Below, piece by piece: positions 9,522-19,372 of a stretch of 64,000 bases of DNA. Where the stretch lies: the NCBI GenBank assembly GCA_000092065.1, contig CP000584.1. One strand, written 5' to 3'. Origin of the DNA: Ostreococcus lucimarinus. Lineage: Eukaryota. Made by a program: the position numbers and the translations under genes. Under the pieces are notes generated by a model that was given only the letters and a program-made list of their open reading frames with translations, made no database searches and was not told where the DNA came from. Position 1 is the first letter of the stretch, and every line of letters starts with the position of its first letter.

Positions 9522-10304
9522 ATGGCGGTCGCGGCGCGACCGTCGCGATGGGACTTTCGCGCGCGAGTCTTCTTCGCGCTGTGCGCCGTGACGTGCGCGA
9601 GCGGGTGCGCGTGCGCGTGCGCGGCGCTCGCGCCGGGCGTCGTCAGACGACGCGCGGACGCGCTCTTCAGACTGTCGATTTACGCGTCGACGAGCGCGTT
9701 CGCGTACAGGATCGCGTACGGCGCGGCGACGAGCGTGAAGGCGAGAGATTTTAAGGCGCTCGGCGCGCATCTGTCGCGAAGCGCGCGCTCGAACGGGGGG
9801 CAATACATGATTTACGGGTCGATGGCGTTGGCGAGCGCGCGACGCGGCGGCGCCAACGCGCCGCAGTTGGCGCCTTTGATCGTGCTGAGCGCGTATCAGG
9901 TGCTGGCGATCGGGCATAAAGTGTGGGAGGACGCGGATAGTAAAACGATGTGGTGCAAGCTCGGGTTCGGACGCGTGTTCGACGCGGCGCAGCGAAATAT
10001 GGAGCTGGCGCTCGCGATTTGCGCGACGATGGAGGTGTCGCTGATGACGACGATTCTTCTGGATTTAGCGAGTCCTCAGCGACGTAGTTTTAGCCGAGTG
10101 ATCGCGTACGCGTTTTGGCTTCGATCGAGGTATCACTGTCACGATAACACGGTGTTTCGCATCAAGTTTACCGCGCACGATACGGCGCACTACCACAGAG
10201 AGGTTTGGAAAATGTTGGACGAGAAGGTGGCGTCCAAGGTGCCGGCGCTTCGAAAAGCCCTGTCGCCGTTCGCGACGTGGTTCGCCACGCCGTCGGCGTC
10301 GTAA
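9522..10304 (+). CDS. TMEM33/UPF0121-like membrane protein (tentative)
   Basis: ATG at 9522 (MAVAARPSRWDFRARVFFALCAV), in frame within track ORF 8469..10304. The C-terminal part (ICATMEVSLMTTILLDL..VIAYAFWLRSRYHCHDN..FRIKF) resembles the TMEM33 family by eye. Confidence 0.5.
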   Translation: MAVAARPSRWDFRARVFFALCAVTCASGCACACAALAPGVVRRRADALFRLSIYASTSAFAYRIAYGAATSVKARDFKALGAHLSRSARSNGGQYMIYGSMALASARRGGANAPQLAPLIVLSAYQVLAIGHKVWEDADSKTMWCKLGFGRVFDAAQRNMELALAICATMEVSLMTTILLDLASPQRRSFSRVIAYAFWLRSRYHCHDNTVFRIKFTAHDTAHYHREVWKMLDEKVASKVPALRKALSPFATWFATPSAS

Positions 10305-10307
10305 TGT

Positions 10308-10312
10308 TGTAA
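10308..10312 (+). terminator. Candidate TGTAA polyadenylation signal
   Basis: TGTAA lies 4 nt after the TAA stop at 10302-10304. Confidence 0.4.
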
Positions 10313-10358
10313 CGAGCGTGTTGAATATTAATCATCATCTAAAAGTTCGTCCGATCTA

Positions 10359-11703
10359 TCAATATTTTGGTGGCACTTTGCACGCGTCGATTTCTCTCGC
10401 CGCGGCGTCAAAGCCCGGGAACATCATAAAGTTTGGCGAAATCCCTGTCTGATCGATGTCGACGAGACCTGGGGTGACGTACTTACCCACGGTGAGTACC
10501 ATCCCACTCAAATCACTGAGTTCGTACACGCTCTGAATCAAACCCTTGCCGTACGTCTTACTCCCGACCACAGTCGCTCGACAGTTGTCCTTCAAAGCGC
10601 CGGTTAAAATTTCGCTCGCAGAAGCGCTTCTGCCGTTGACAAGAACAACCAGCGGAACGTCAGCGGCGACGACAGGGTCATTTTTCGACGTCGTGATCGC
10701 CTTCAGCTTAGTCGGTAGTTGAGAATCAGATCCGTTTCTCGCGGTTTTTGTCGCCGAGACGTCGGTATCGCGTTTGACGCCTCCGGCGACGACTCGACCT
10801 TCGGTGTACGCGATGGTCGAATCCGCAGGTAAAAATAATCGAGCAATCTCCACACCAGCTTGCACTAATCCCCCAGGATTGTCGCGTAAGTCTAGAATAT
10901 ACGCGTCTGCTCCTTGCGTCCTTAAATCCGTGATCGCTCTCGCGATATCGCGCTCGGCGAGCGAGTTGAACTCGCGAAGCCGAATGTAACCGACGTGTCC
11001 GCCCTCCAGACGCATGCTCACTGGACTTTTCGGCGCTTCGAATTGACTGTCTCGCGTCAGAGAAACGACGCGCGGGACGTCTTCGCCTGTGCGCGAGATT
11101 GTTAGATCCACGCTCTTCCCGTCAGCCTCTTGAATGAGCGAAGACACCTGAAACGCGCTCAAGCCGCGCACGAGTTCGCCGTTGACGGCGACGATTTCAT
11201 CATCCTGCGCCACTCCAGCCTTCATCGCGCTCGAGTCGAGCACCATTCCCAGCACGCGCACGCGTTCAGGGTCGTCCGCATCTTCCGCGATGTTCAAACC
11301 GACGCCGGTGATGTCGTATTTCAACATCGAAGTGAACCGATCCGGCTCGATGAAGCGCGTAAACTTATCCCCGAGCGTCCCCAGCATCGACTTAATCATC
11401 TCGTACGCCTCCTCGCGACTTTGAGGCGGATTCGCCTCGTGTTCGGCCTTGATCGCCTCCCACGCCGCGCGATCGAATCCGTCCGACTCAGATTTTCTCG
11501 CCGGTAAAAAGTTGTCGAAAACCAACCCCCACGCTTCGTCCAAGATGGTCGCGTCCGTCGCGCCCTCCGATTCCGCCTCCGCCTCCGCCGCTTCGGCCGC
11601 GATCTCGCTCACCAGTTCCACCGCCGACGACACAGATTTCGTCCGCGCGTCCCCTCGACCGCGCGCGACGTCATCCGCGAACGCCGCGGGCGTCCCGAAC
11701 GTC

Positions 11704-11753
<50 letters not shown>

Positions 11754-12047
11754 GCGCGCGCGCGCCGTCGGCCCCATCACCGCTCGCGCGATCGCCTCCG
11801 CCCACGATGACGTCGTCGTCATCGACGCCGACGCGTCGCCGCGCGCGCGCGCGCCGTCGCCGCTCCTCGCGCGCGCGGCGCCGCTCGTTCGCCGTGACCC
11901 ATCGCCCGCGCGTCCCGACGACGACGTCGCGCACCGCGCGCGCGCGTGCGCACCGCGCGTCGTCGCGCGCGACGCGCCCGCGTTCGCGCCACCGCGCGGC
12001 CACGCCTCGGGGCGCGCGCTCGACGCGCGCGCGACGTGGAACCGCAT
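10359..12047 (-). CDS. ctpA: C-terminal processing peptidase (S41 family, CtpA-like) with a PDZ domain, probably plastid-targeted
   Basis: Track ORF 10359..12218(-). S41 motifs GHVGYIRLREFN, LDLRDNPGGLV, VLVNGRSASASEILTGAL, GSKTYGKGLIQ. PDZ-like LGMVLDSSAMKAGVAQDDEIVAVNG. The N-terminus is Ala/Arg/Ser-rich. ATG 12047 was chosen because ATG 12107 collides with the divergent gene's ATG; the start is uncertain. Confidence 0.85.
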
Positions 12048-12105
12048 CGCGCGCGTCGCGCGGTGACGCGATTTCGCGACGCGACGCCGCGCTCGTCGTC
12101 GCGCC

Positions 12106-12657
12106 ATGCTCGCCGCGCGCGATGCGCTCTCGCCGCGCGCGTGCGCGCGCGCGTTCGCCCTGCTCGTCCTGCTCGGCGCCCCGCTGTTTGCGACGCGCGG
12201 GGACGCGACGGCGTTCACCGTCGTCGACGGCGTCGCGAGTTGGCTGAGCGCGCAGAACGGCGGAAGAAAACTCGCGGGATGGCGCGCGGTGGTCGTCGAG
12301 GCGTGCTATTACCCCGACAGCGCGATCGCGCGCCTTAGCGGTCGATCGGTCGAGGCGACGGCGACGCGGATCACGCGAAAGGCGGCGCAGATGCGCGAGG
12401 CGCTCGGCGAGGCGGGGGCGCGCGAGTGCGCGCTGGGGTGCGCGCTCGCGCTGCTGGGGAGCGTCAAGTATTGCGTGAACGGCGATATCGGACCGTACGG
12501 CGTGCTGGCGGCGCTCGAACTCGGGTATTCCGTGTTCGCGAAGGGACTTCCCGCGATGCGGGCGAACGTGGTGGGGACGACGTGCGTCGTCGTCTTCGGC
12601 GCGTTGTCGTCGCCGAGCGCGCGCCGACGCGCGCGGGCGAGGGCGAAGCGAGATTAA
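12106..12657 (+). CDS. Hypothetical protein with signal-peptide-like N-terminus (183 aa)
   Basis: Track ORF starting with ATG. MLAARDALSPRACARAFALLVLLGAPLFATRG then non-repetitive sequence with hydrophobic segments. No family recognised. Confidence 0.4.
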   Translation: MLAARDALSPRACARAFALLVLLGAPLFATRGDATAFTVVDGVASWLSAQNGGRKLAGWRAVVVEACYYPDSAIARLSGRSVEATATRITRKAAQMREALGEAGARECALGCALALLGSVKYCVNGDIGPYGVLAALELGYSVFAKGLPAMRANVVGTTCVVVFGALSSPSARRRARARAKRD

Positions 12658-12827
12658 CGACGCGCTGCGATCGATTTCGCGCGTTCGGGCGTTCGGTTTT
12701 TGATCTTTCTTGTGAATTCGTGACGTGAAAGCGTCGACCTGTCGGTATAATAATGTACAATTCGTTCTCGCTGAATCGCGTCCGTCATTCGTTCTCATCG
12801 CGCGGCGTCGCGTCGGCGCGCGACGCT

Positions 12828-14438
12828 CTACTTCGGCGCGCGATGCTCTCGCCAGAGGAAGAAACCGCAGTCACAATCGGGATTGGTGCGCGCGCCGGCC
12901 GGGCGCGGGCAGCAAAAGAACACGCGTCCACAGTGTGGGCTCTCCTTCTTCTTCACCGTGCGTACTTTGCACGTTTCGCCGTGCTTGCACTTGGGAGGCG
13001 CCATTTTGGCGAACGTGTTCATCCACGCGCCTCGCGCTTCTTCGGAGCTCACTTTCGTCTCGCGCGATTCGAATGCGTTCGCCGTGGGTGCTATAGGTTG
13101 TTCTACTGTGTCTAGTTGGCGTTCGTTTCGGTCATCCGGCTCTTTCTTTTTGGACTTGACGACGAAGAAATCTTTCAACGTCGCTTCGGGCTTGCGCTTG
13201 GGCGCGTCTGAGACGCCCGCGCGGGATTGGGCGCGGGCGCTTGGGCGCGTCGGCTTCGCTCGCGACTGAGACGCCGCGTTAAGAAATTCCGGCGTCGCGT
13301 TGCTCGTCGACGATGCGCGTGCGAATATTGAATCTACCGTGGTTTGTCGACCTGGGTAAAGCATCGAAATCGCCAAAGACGGAGGCGTTTGTTGCGAATC
13401 TCTCCGCCTCCACATCGATTCCTCGAGCTCAAGATAGACTGGCGCGTGATCGCTCCCTTCAAATTTTTGTGCCACACCGACGCCTCGGACGCGCTTCAAC
13501 GTCACCGCTCGATCGCACAAGAAATAATCGATTCGTGATCCATAATTGGACAACTGCGCTCCACTCGCAACGTTCCAACACGTGAACGCATCGCCGAGCG
13601 TCGGAAAAAATTCGCGAAACACGTCCACCATCGCGTCCCCGGCAAGTTGTGCCGCGAGCCAATCGCGCGATGGATTTCGAGGTTCCACCGCGTTCGGGTC
13701 TTCATCCGCGCGATCGAGTTTCCACGACGGTGCGATGTTCCAATCACCGCATAAAATCACATTTCGACCGCGTTCGCGCAGACTCTTGTATCTCGCCTCG
13801 AGCGCGCTCAAAAAATCGCGCTTGAACGCCGCGCGCTCGGCTGTTTTCTCATCGACCGCTGGATCGCCGAAAACGGCCGGCACGTACACCGTGCACAGAA
13901 CGAACTCACCGAAATCGACCCACAACGCCCTGCCCTCGCCGTCGATCTCTTTCGCGCGCGTCGCGTCGTCCGCGAACGGCGCGATTTCTCCCGCCCACAT
14001 GGTCGACTCGCCCGCGTCGCCTTTCGCGCACACTCCCCGCTCGATCGACGTCGGGCAAATCTCGTTCGAGCGCCAGTACACCGCCACGCCGCTGTATCCC
14101 ACGCGGTGATTGGAGGATTCGCACACCGCGTGGGCGCCGTCCCAACCTTCGACGCGTTCCAGCCGCTCGACGTCGCCGCTCGAGCTCAGCTTTGTTTCCT
14201 GCAAACAAATCACCTTCAAATCGCTTCCGAGCGCGTCGAACAGCGCCTTCATGGACCCGTAGCCGTGTATCCGACGCACGCCGTGCGCGTCCGCGCGTCC
14301 GTTCGTTTTTTGCGCCGCGCGCGCGTCCGTGAGCGCGCGCAACCCGCGCAGACCGACGTTCCACGAGACAATCGTCGAGCGTCGCGACGCCGCGTTCGAG
14401 CGTCGAGGGTACGCGCGCGCGTCGTCGGGCGTCGACAT
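12828..14438 (-). CDS. APEX2: AP endonuclease 2 (ExoIII/APE family) with a C-terminal GRF zinc finger
   Basis: Full 536-aa track ORF. N-terminal IVSWNVGLRG, internal VICLQETK, ILCGDWNIAP, C-terminal SDHAPVYLEL. GRF-type finger PPKCKHGETCKVRTVKKKESPHCGRVFFCCPRP...CGFFLWRE. Confidence 0.9.
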   Translation of the reverse strand: MSTPDDARAYPRRSNAASRRSTIVSWNVGLRGLRALTDARAAQKTNGRADAHGVRRIHGYGSMKALFDALGSDLKVICLQETKLSSSGDVERLERVEGWDGAHAVCESSNHRVGYSGVAVYWRSNEICPTSIERGVCAKGDAGESTMWAGEIAPFADDATRAKEIDGEGRALWVDFGEFVLCTVYVPAVFGDPAVDEKTAERAAFKRDFLSALEARYKSLRERGRNVILCGDWNIAPSWKLDRADEDPNAVEPRNPSRDWLAAQLAGDAMVDVFREFFPTLGDAFTCWNVASGAQLSNYGSRIDYFLCDRAVTLKRVRGVGVAQKFEGSDHAPVYLELEESMWRRRDSQQTPPSLAISMLYPGRQTTVDSIFARASSTSNATPEFLNAASQSRAKPTRPSARAQSRAGVSDAPKRKPEATLKDFFVVKSKKKEPDDRNERQLDTVEQPIAPTANAFESRETKVSSEEARGAWMNTFAKMAPPKCKHGETCKVRTVKKKESPHCGRVFFCCPRPAGARTNPDCDCGFFLWREHRAPK

Positions 14439-14568
14439 CGCGCGCTTAAACGCGTCGCGCGCGCCGCGGTGACGCGAGGTGTCGCATGCCGACGAGCGTT
14501 CGAATGCCGATGACGAGTGCCTCGTTTCCTCTACTCACAACGCGCGTTCGAGTCGCGGGACTACGGCG

Positions 14569-17142
14569 CTAGAGGACGAGCTTGACCCACGGCATGTCGC
14601 ACGCGTCGTTCTCGCAGTTCTCCACCAGCGCGAACGTGATGTCAGCCATGGGCACGGAGAGGGAAATTTGTTGTAAATTTCTGGCCGTCGAGGCGTCCGT
14701 CATGATGAGGTGCGTGGAACGTAAGCGAGAGGCGATGCGAACGCCGCTCCCAATCGGGGGCTCGGCGACGTTTACGCGCGGATCTTTGCACATCACCTTG
14801 AGCATTTGCATCACCGTGCCCATGTCCACGGTGGTCGTGCCGGTGCGTTGAAGCGCCTTAACCAACGCTATCAAGAACATGCGCTCGTAAAAGCTCGCAG
14901 CGTGAATGAGTTTCATGTGCGGACCGTCGAACATTTCGCTTTGCGCTTGGCGGACGTCGTCCATGGTTACTTTTTCGATGCGAGCCTTGGCGCGCGCTGC
15001 GGCGCCCTCTTCTGGTTGCGCGTTTTGCAAAGTGAGAGTAGTCACCTTTTCGACGTTAATTCTGGCTTCGGCGACTTCCGCCGCTCGCCGCGCGAGTTCG
15101 AGCGCTCGCCGCGCGTCGCCGTTCACCGAAGCAACTTTTCTGCAAATCAAGTCGAGGGTCGACGGCGCGTAGGCGTCGCTGCATCCCTCGACACTTTCCA
15201 GACGCGAGGTGACGATCTTCTTGAGCTGTTCCCAGGAATACGGAGCGAAAGCCGCGCGATTGCTTCCGAGTCGAGACGCGATGCGCGGGAGCATGCGTTC
15301 GGGTACGTCGAGCGTGTTGGCGATGCCGATGACGACGAGTCGACTCTTCTTGTGAGTCGGCCAATCGAAAATATTGTACAGCACGTCTTGCCTGTGCGTA
15401 ACGAGCAAATCAAGCTCGTCGACGATGAGAACTGTGACTCGTCCATCGCTTCCTTTGCCTTCCTTGAATCTCTTCTCCAAGACCATGCTCGCTTTGTCCG
15501 GGCTAAACTTTTGCCCCATCAACTCTTCGGCGATGGTGCTGTACGCGTGCTTGGGCGTTTGCAAACGGAGCGCGTTGAGCTCAACGTGGTTGAACTTTGG
15601 AATCACGCCGTTGCGCGCTTGCGAACGAAGGACCCGTATGATTTCGCGAACTGTCGCCGTCTTGCCCGTACCGGGGACGCCGGAAATGTACAGACATTTT
15701 CCCGTGCTGTGCGAACCCGCCATGATGGCTTCGTGCACGAAGTCGTAGACTTGCTTGCGTTCGTTTTCGCGACACGGCAGCGTCGCCGGCGTCGATGCCA
15801 GAGATAACACAGCGCGCACGCCGCCTAAAACAGTCGACGGGTGCTTCCTACCACGACTGAGAGCGCTGCCACCGAAACCAGCAATCTCCAAACGCGCCGC
15901 CGCGTCTTCCACACGCCGTCGAGCGGCGAGACGACCCGCGAGACGACTGTTGGCGCCCGACTTTTTGTCCTTCTTTTTCTTCGAGTCCCAGTCGTCGTCC
16001 TCTGCGTCGCGCCAGTCTAATTCATTCTCAAAGCGATCGTCGTCGCTGAATTCGTCCTCTTCGCCCCATTCGCCGCGACGCTTGAAGCGCTGAAACGCGG
16101 TGTCGTACGTGTATTCGCACACGTACGTGTCGTGCGATCCTTCCTCTTGATCTCGGAATTCTTGAGGCGTGCACACCTTGGCGACGCGAAATAAGCAATC
16201 GACGGGATTAACGTCGACGTTATGCGTCAAAAACACCTCGCGCCGATGCTGAATGGGTTGGCGTCCCATGTGCGTCTCCTCGGGCAGCGCGTACCATCGC
16301 GCCGCGAATTGGTACTCTCCGTTCTCTTCCCAAATGTGCTCTATACGCGCTAAATGGAACCTACCCGCCATGAACTCCGTGCACGCGGTGCGCGTCAACG
16401 TTTCGATTCGCGGCACCGCGCTCGCGGCCTCCCCGCCCCGCGCACACAACGGACAGTGCCAATCGCTCTCCGGCACGCGCGTCAGCGGCGGCTTGAGACA
16501 GCACATGTGCCACCCGCTCAGACACGTATCGCACTCGAGCATGATTCGATCCGCGTTCGGCGCTTCACCGCACACCATGCAAGGACAATCTTCGTCGTCA
16601 TCGAAATCGACCGTTTTCTCGTTCACCACGTACACGCTATCGCCCACGGCAAACTTTTCGCCTTCCAAATTCACGCACTTCCAATACTTGCGCTTCGGCG
16701 CCGCCGCCGCCGCGTTCAATTTTTTTCCCCTCCCCACCTTTTTCCCGTCCGACCCCCCCCCGACGTCGCTCGCGACGTCCCGCGCGTCGCGCGTCCTCGT
16801 CCTCTCCCCCTCGCTCGCTTTCGCCTTCGTCTTTTTCCCTCCTCTCCCCGACGCGTCCCTCGCCGCGTCGTCGTCTCGCGTCCGCGCCGCCTCCGTCTCC
16901 ATCTCCTTCCTCCCTCGCGCCATCTGCGCCAAAAACGCCGCGTTCGCCCGCTTCTTCTTCTTCTTCTTCTTCGCCTTCCCATCGTTCGCGTCCTCGTCGT
17001 CCCGTCCCGTCGTCGTCGTCGTCGTCGTCGTCTTTCGCTTCGTCGGTCGCGTCCCATCCTCGGTGGCGTACACCCGCGTCGCCATCGCGCGCGCGCGCGA
17101 CGTCGACGCGAGTCGCGATCGCAGTCGCGTCTGCCGCTCCAT
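14569..17142 (-). CDS. ORC1: Origin recognition complex subunit 1 (plant-type, PHD finger embedded in the BAH domain, AAA+ ATPase)
   Basis: Full 857-aa track ORF (ATG at 17142). PHD CMVCGEAPNADRIMLECDTCLSGWHMCCLKPPLTRVPESDWHCPLC. BAH ARIEHIWEENGEYQFAARWYALPEETH. Walker A GVPGTGKTATV. Walker B VLIVDELDLL. ORC1/CDC6-type C-terminus. Confidence 0.9.
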   Translation of the reverse strand: MERQTRLRSRLASTSRARAMATRVYATEDGTRPTKRKTTTTTTTTGRDDEDANDGKAKKKKKKKRANAAFLAQMARGRKEMETEAARTRDDDAARDASGRGGKKTKAKASEGERTRTRDARDVASDVGGGSDGKKVGRGKKLNAAAAAPKRKYWKCVNLEGEKFAVGDSVYVVNEKTVDFDDDEDCPCMVCGEAPNADRIMLECDTCLSGWHMCCLKPPLTRVPESDWHCPLCARGGEAASAVPRIETLTRTACTEFMAGRFHLARIEHIWEENGEYQFAARWYALPEETHMGRQPIQHRREVFLTHNVDVNPVDCLFRVAKVCTPQEFRDQEEGSHDTYVCEYTYDTAFQRFKRRGEWGEEDEFSDDDRFENELDWRDAEDDDWDSKKKKDKKSGANSRLAGRLAARRRVEDAAARLEIAGFGGSALSRGRKHPSTVLGGVRAVLSLASTPATLPCRENERKQVYDFVHEAIMAGSHSTGKCLYISGVPGTGKTATVREIIRVLRSQARNGVIPKFNHVELNALRLQTPKHAYSTIAEELMGQKFSPDKASMVLEKRFKEGKGSDGRVTVLIVDELDLLVTHRQDVLYNIFDWPTHKKSRLVVIGIANTLDVPERMLPRIASRLGSNRAAFAPYSWEQLKKIVTSRLESVEGCSDAYAPSTLDLICRKVASVNGDARRALELARRAAEVAEARINVEKVTTLTLQNAQPEEGAAARAKARIEKVTMDDVRQAQSEMFDGPHMKLIHAASFYERMFLIALVKALQRTGTTTVDMGTVMQMLKVMCKDPRVNVAEPPIGSGVRIASRLRSTHLIMTDASTARNLQQISLSVPMADITFALVENCENDACDMPWVKLVL

Positions 17143-17288
17143 CTCGTCCGTCGTCCCTCGTCGCCGGCGTCGCGGTGTGAGCGCGCGTCGCGGTGTGCGC
17201 GCACCGCGATTCGAATCGATCGCGCGACAGCTCGAGTTTGAATTCGCGTTCGCGTCGTCGCGAGTGCGACGCGCGCGAGGGACGACGG

Positions 17289-18974
17289 ATGCGCGTCTCG
17301 ACGTCGACGCGCGTCTCGATCGCGGTCGCGTCGACGCCGCGTCGCGCGCGTCGGCGACGACGCGCGAACGCGACGCGACGACGCGCGTTCGACGACGACG
17401 ACGACGACGACGACGGACTCGATGGACTCGTGCGACGGGCGTGCGCGCGAATCGGACGCGGCGACGAGGAAGCGAAAGAGATGACGGCGCGATTGCGGGC
17501 GAATTGGTTCGAGACGGCGGAGGACGTGCGAGGGATGGGGCCGGAGGACGCGCGCGCGGCGGGAATGCCGGCGAGGCTGTACGCGAGCGTGCGGGCGACG
17601 CTGGACGAGGACGAAGAAGACGACGTAGAGGCGAGAAATGGGGAAACGAAGCGCGAGGAGAGCGAAAGTGGGTGGATCGGGGGGGCGCTGCCGGGCGCGG
17701 GAACGCGCGCGCCGACGGTGACGCGAGAGGGAGGGACGGCGCTCGCCGACGTGCGCGTGACGCAACGGCGACGATTGAAACCGTTTTCTCTGCGCGGCGA
17801 AGAGGTGAGCGCGGAGTTGGAGGAAGAGTTGAATACGCTGGTGAGAGATTTGACGTCGAGACGCGTCGGTGGTGGGCGCGCGCCCGTGCGAGAGCGCACG
17901 GCGATGAATCACGTCGCCGTGGCGAAGCAATTCATGGGATGGTTGTGCCGAGAGTCAGAGCACGCGAGCGAGTTTGCGACTCTGAGCGTCGATGGACGCG
18001 TGGTGTTGCGTCCGGGCGTGTCGTTGCGCGACGCGTTTCCGAAGCGCGAATCCGTAGGCGCGAAGTACGCGATAGAATACGTTCAGTGGCTCAGCGACGA
18101 GCGTCGCATCAAATCGACGACGGAGGATTTTCAGCTGCGAAGTCTCGTCGCCTTGGCGAAGTGGGTGCACGCGTTCGTCGAAGACGACGGTATAGCGCCG
18201 CCGTGCGTGCAAGAGCTCGTTCGAGTGCAGCGATCGGCGCGCGATCGCGCGAAAAACGCCCCACACGCCGCGGACGACGACCGAAAATGGCTCGAATGGG
18301 ATCAGTACTTGGCGCTCGTCGAGCATCTCAAACTCGAGTGCGCGCCGCTGGATTGCAACGGCAAAGAGCGCTCTGAGCGCGAAATCGCGATGAGCGTGCA
18401 GCGCTATTTATTGTTCGCCATCTTGGCGTGCATTCCCGATCGCCAGCGAACGTTGCGCGAGCTGCAGTTGAACAAGACGCTCTTTCGCGACGCCTCCACC
18501 GGCGCGTGGATGGTGCGTCACGGCAGCGACGATTACAAAACGGGCGGCGCCTACGGCGAGCGACCCGCGCTCGTGATCGATTCTCGCGTCTATCCAGCGC
18601 TCGAGAGTTGGCTCTCCACCCACCGAGCCGCGTTATCGCCGTCCCACGACTTTGTTTTCACCCGCCCCAACGGCACGCCCTGGACGGTGAGCGAATTGTC
18701 GCGAACGTTTTCCCGCGCCGCCCTTCGCGTCACCGGCCAAAAGACCAATCCCCACTTGATTCGCGACATGATCGTCACCCACGTCCGCTCTCGCGGCATC
18801 GCCAGCGACGCCGAGCTCGAGGCCTTGGCTCGTTTCATGGGTCACTCCAGCGCCATGCAAAAGTCCACCTACGACCGCCGCACGACGCAAGAAAAAGTCA
18901 ACCCGGCGTTGTCGTTGATGGCCAACGTCAACGCCGCCGCGCCGCCGTCGCGACCGGCGTCCGCGCCGTCCTAG
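17289..18974 (+). CDS. Tyrosine recombinase (phage-integrase/Xer/Cre fold) with an apparently intact catalytic set
   Basis: Track ORF 17193..18974 starts at GTG; the first ATG is 17289. Ordered motifs: IPDRQRTLRELQL (Arg I), DDYKTGG (Lys), NPHLIRDM (HxxR), MGHSSAMQKSTY (His ... Tyr, spacing 9). A SAM-like core-binding-type helical region lies upstream (AVAKQFMGWL..AIEYVQWLSDERRIKSTTEDFQLRSLVALAKWV). Confidence 0.75.
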   Translation: MRVSTSTRVSIAVASTPRRARRRRRANATRRRAFDDDDDDDDGLDGLVRRACARIGRGDEEAKEMTARLRANWFETAEDVRGMGPEDARAAGMPARLYASVRATLDEDEEDDVEARNGETKREESESGWIGGALPGAGTRAPTVTREGGTALADVRVTQRRRLKPFSLRGEEVSAELEEELNTLVRDLTSRRVGGGRAPVRERTAMNHVAVAKQFMGWLCRESEHASEFATLSVDGRVVLRPGVSLRDAFPKRESVGAKYAIEYVQWLSDERRIKSTTEDFQLRSLVALAKWVHAFVEDDGIAPPCVQELVRVQRSARDRAKNAPHAADDDRKWLEWDQYLALVEHLKLECAPLDCNGKERSEREIAMSVQRYLLFAILACIPDRQRTLRELQLNKTLFRDASTGAWMVRHGSDDYKTGGAYGERPALVIDSRVYPALESWLSTHRAALSPSHDFVFTRPNGTPWTVSELSRTFSRAALRVTGQKTNPHLIRDMIVTHVRSRGIASDAELEALARFMGHSSAMQKSTYDRRTTQEKVNPALSLMANVNAAAPPSRPASAPS

Positions 18975-19372
18975 CGATCGCGGAGTCGATCGATTTTCGG
19001 TCTCGACCGCGGCGTCCGGATCGGATCCCGTCGGCGCGCGCCCGCGATGAAACCAAACCAAACCAAACGCCACCGAACCAAACACAGACACGACGCGACC
19101 ACGCGCCGCCGCGCGGTGACCTCGCCGCAGTCGGGGACGCGAGTCGCGACTCGCCGATTCATCACCGCGCGTCGCCGCGGCGCGACGACGCGCGAGAGCG
19201 GAGAAAGGGCGCTCGAATCGTCGATCGCGAATCGCGTCGAACGCGCGACGCGACCGACGCGCGCGACGCGCGCGACGCCGCGCGACGCGACGGCGCGGGA
19301 CGCGCGATCGACGCCCGGACGCGAATCGACGGGAGGCGCGAGCGACGCGAGGAAACGTCGGCGACGCGCGCG

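Noticed and set aside
16253-18376. 707-aa plus-strand ORF, together with the 420-aa and 404-aa minus-strand ORFs at 16637-17930
   Set aside because: They are Arg/Ser/Ala/Gly low-complexity translations running antisense or out of frame through ORC1 and the recombinase gene. This is typical GC-bias artefact, with no motifs.
17289-18974. Calling the tyrosine-recombinase gene a DIRS/Crypton mobile element
   Set aside because: There is no reverse transcriptase, RNase H or methyltransferase ORF next to it. I saw no terminal or split direct repeats. It is wedged between host genes with normal spacing. A minimal Crypton-like element cannot be excluded without copy-number data, so it is reported as a finding, not as a mobile_element feature.
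19047-19092. aaaccaaaccaaaccaaacgccaccgaaccaaac, a telomere-like or telobox-like repeat
   Set aside because: Only three AAACC units are present. It does not match the plant-type CCCTAAA telomere unit or the AAACCCTA telobox. It is most likely a trivial microsatellite in a 5' spacer.
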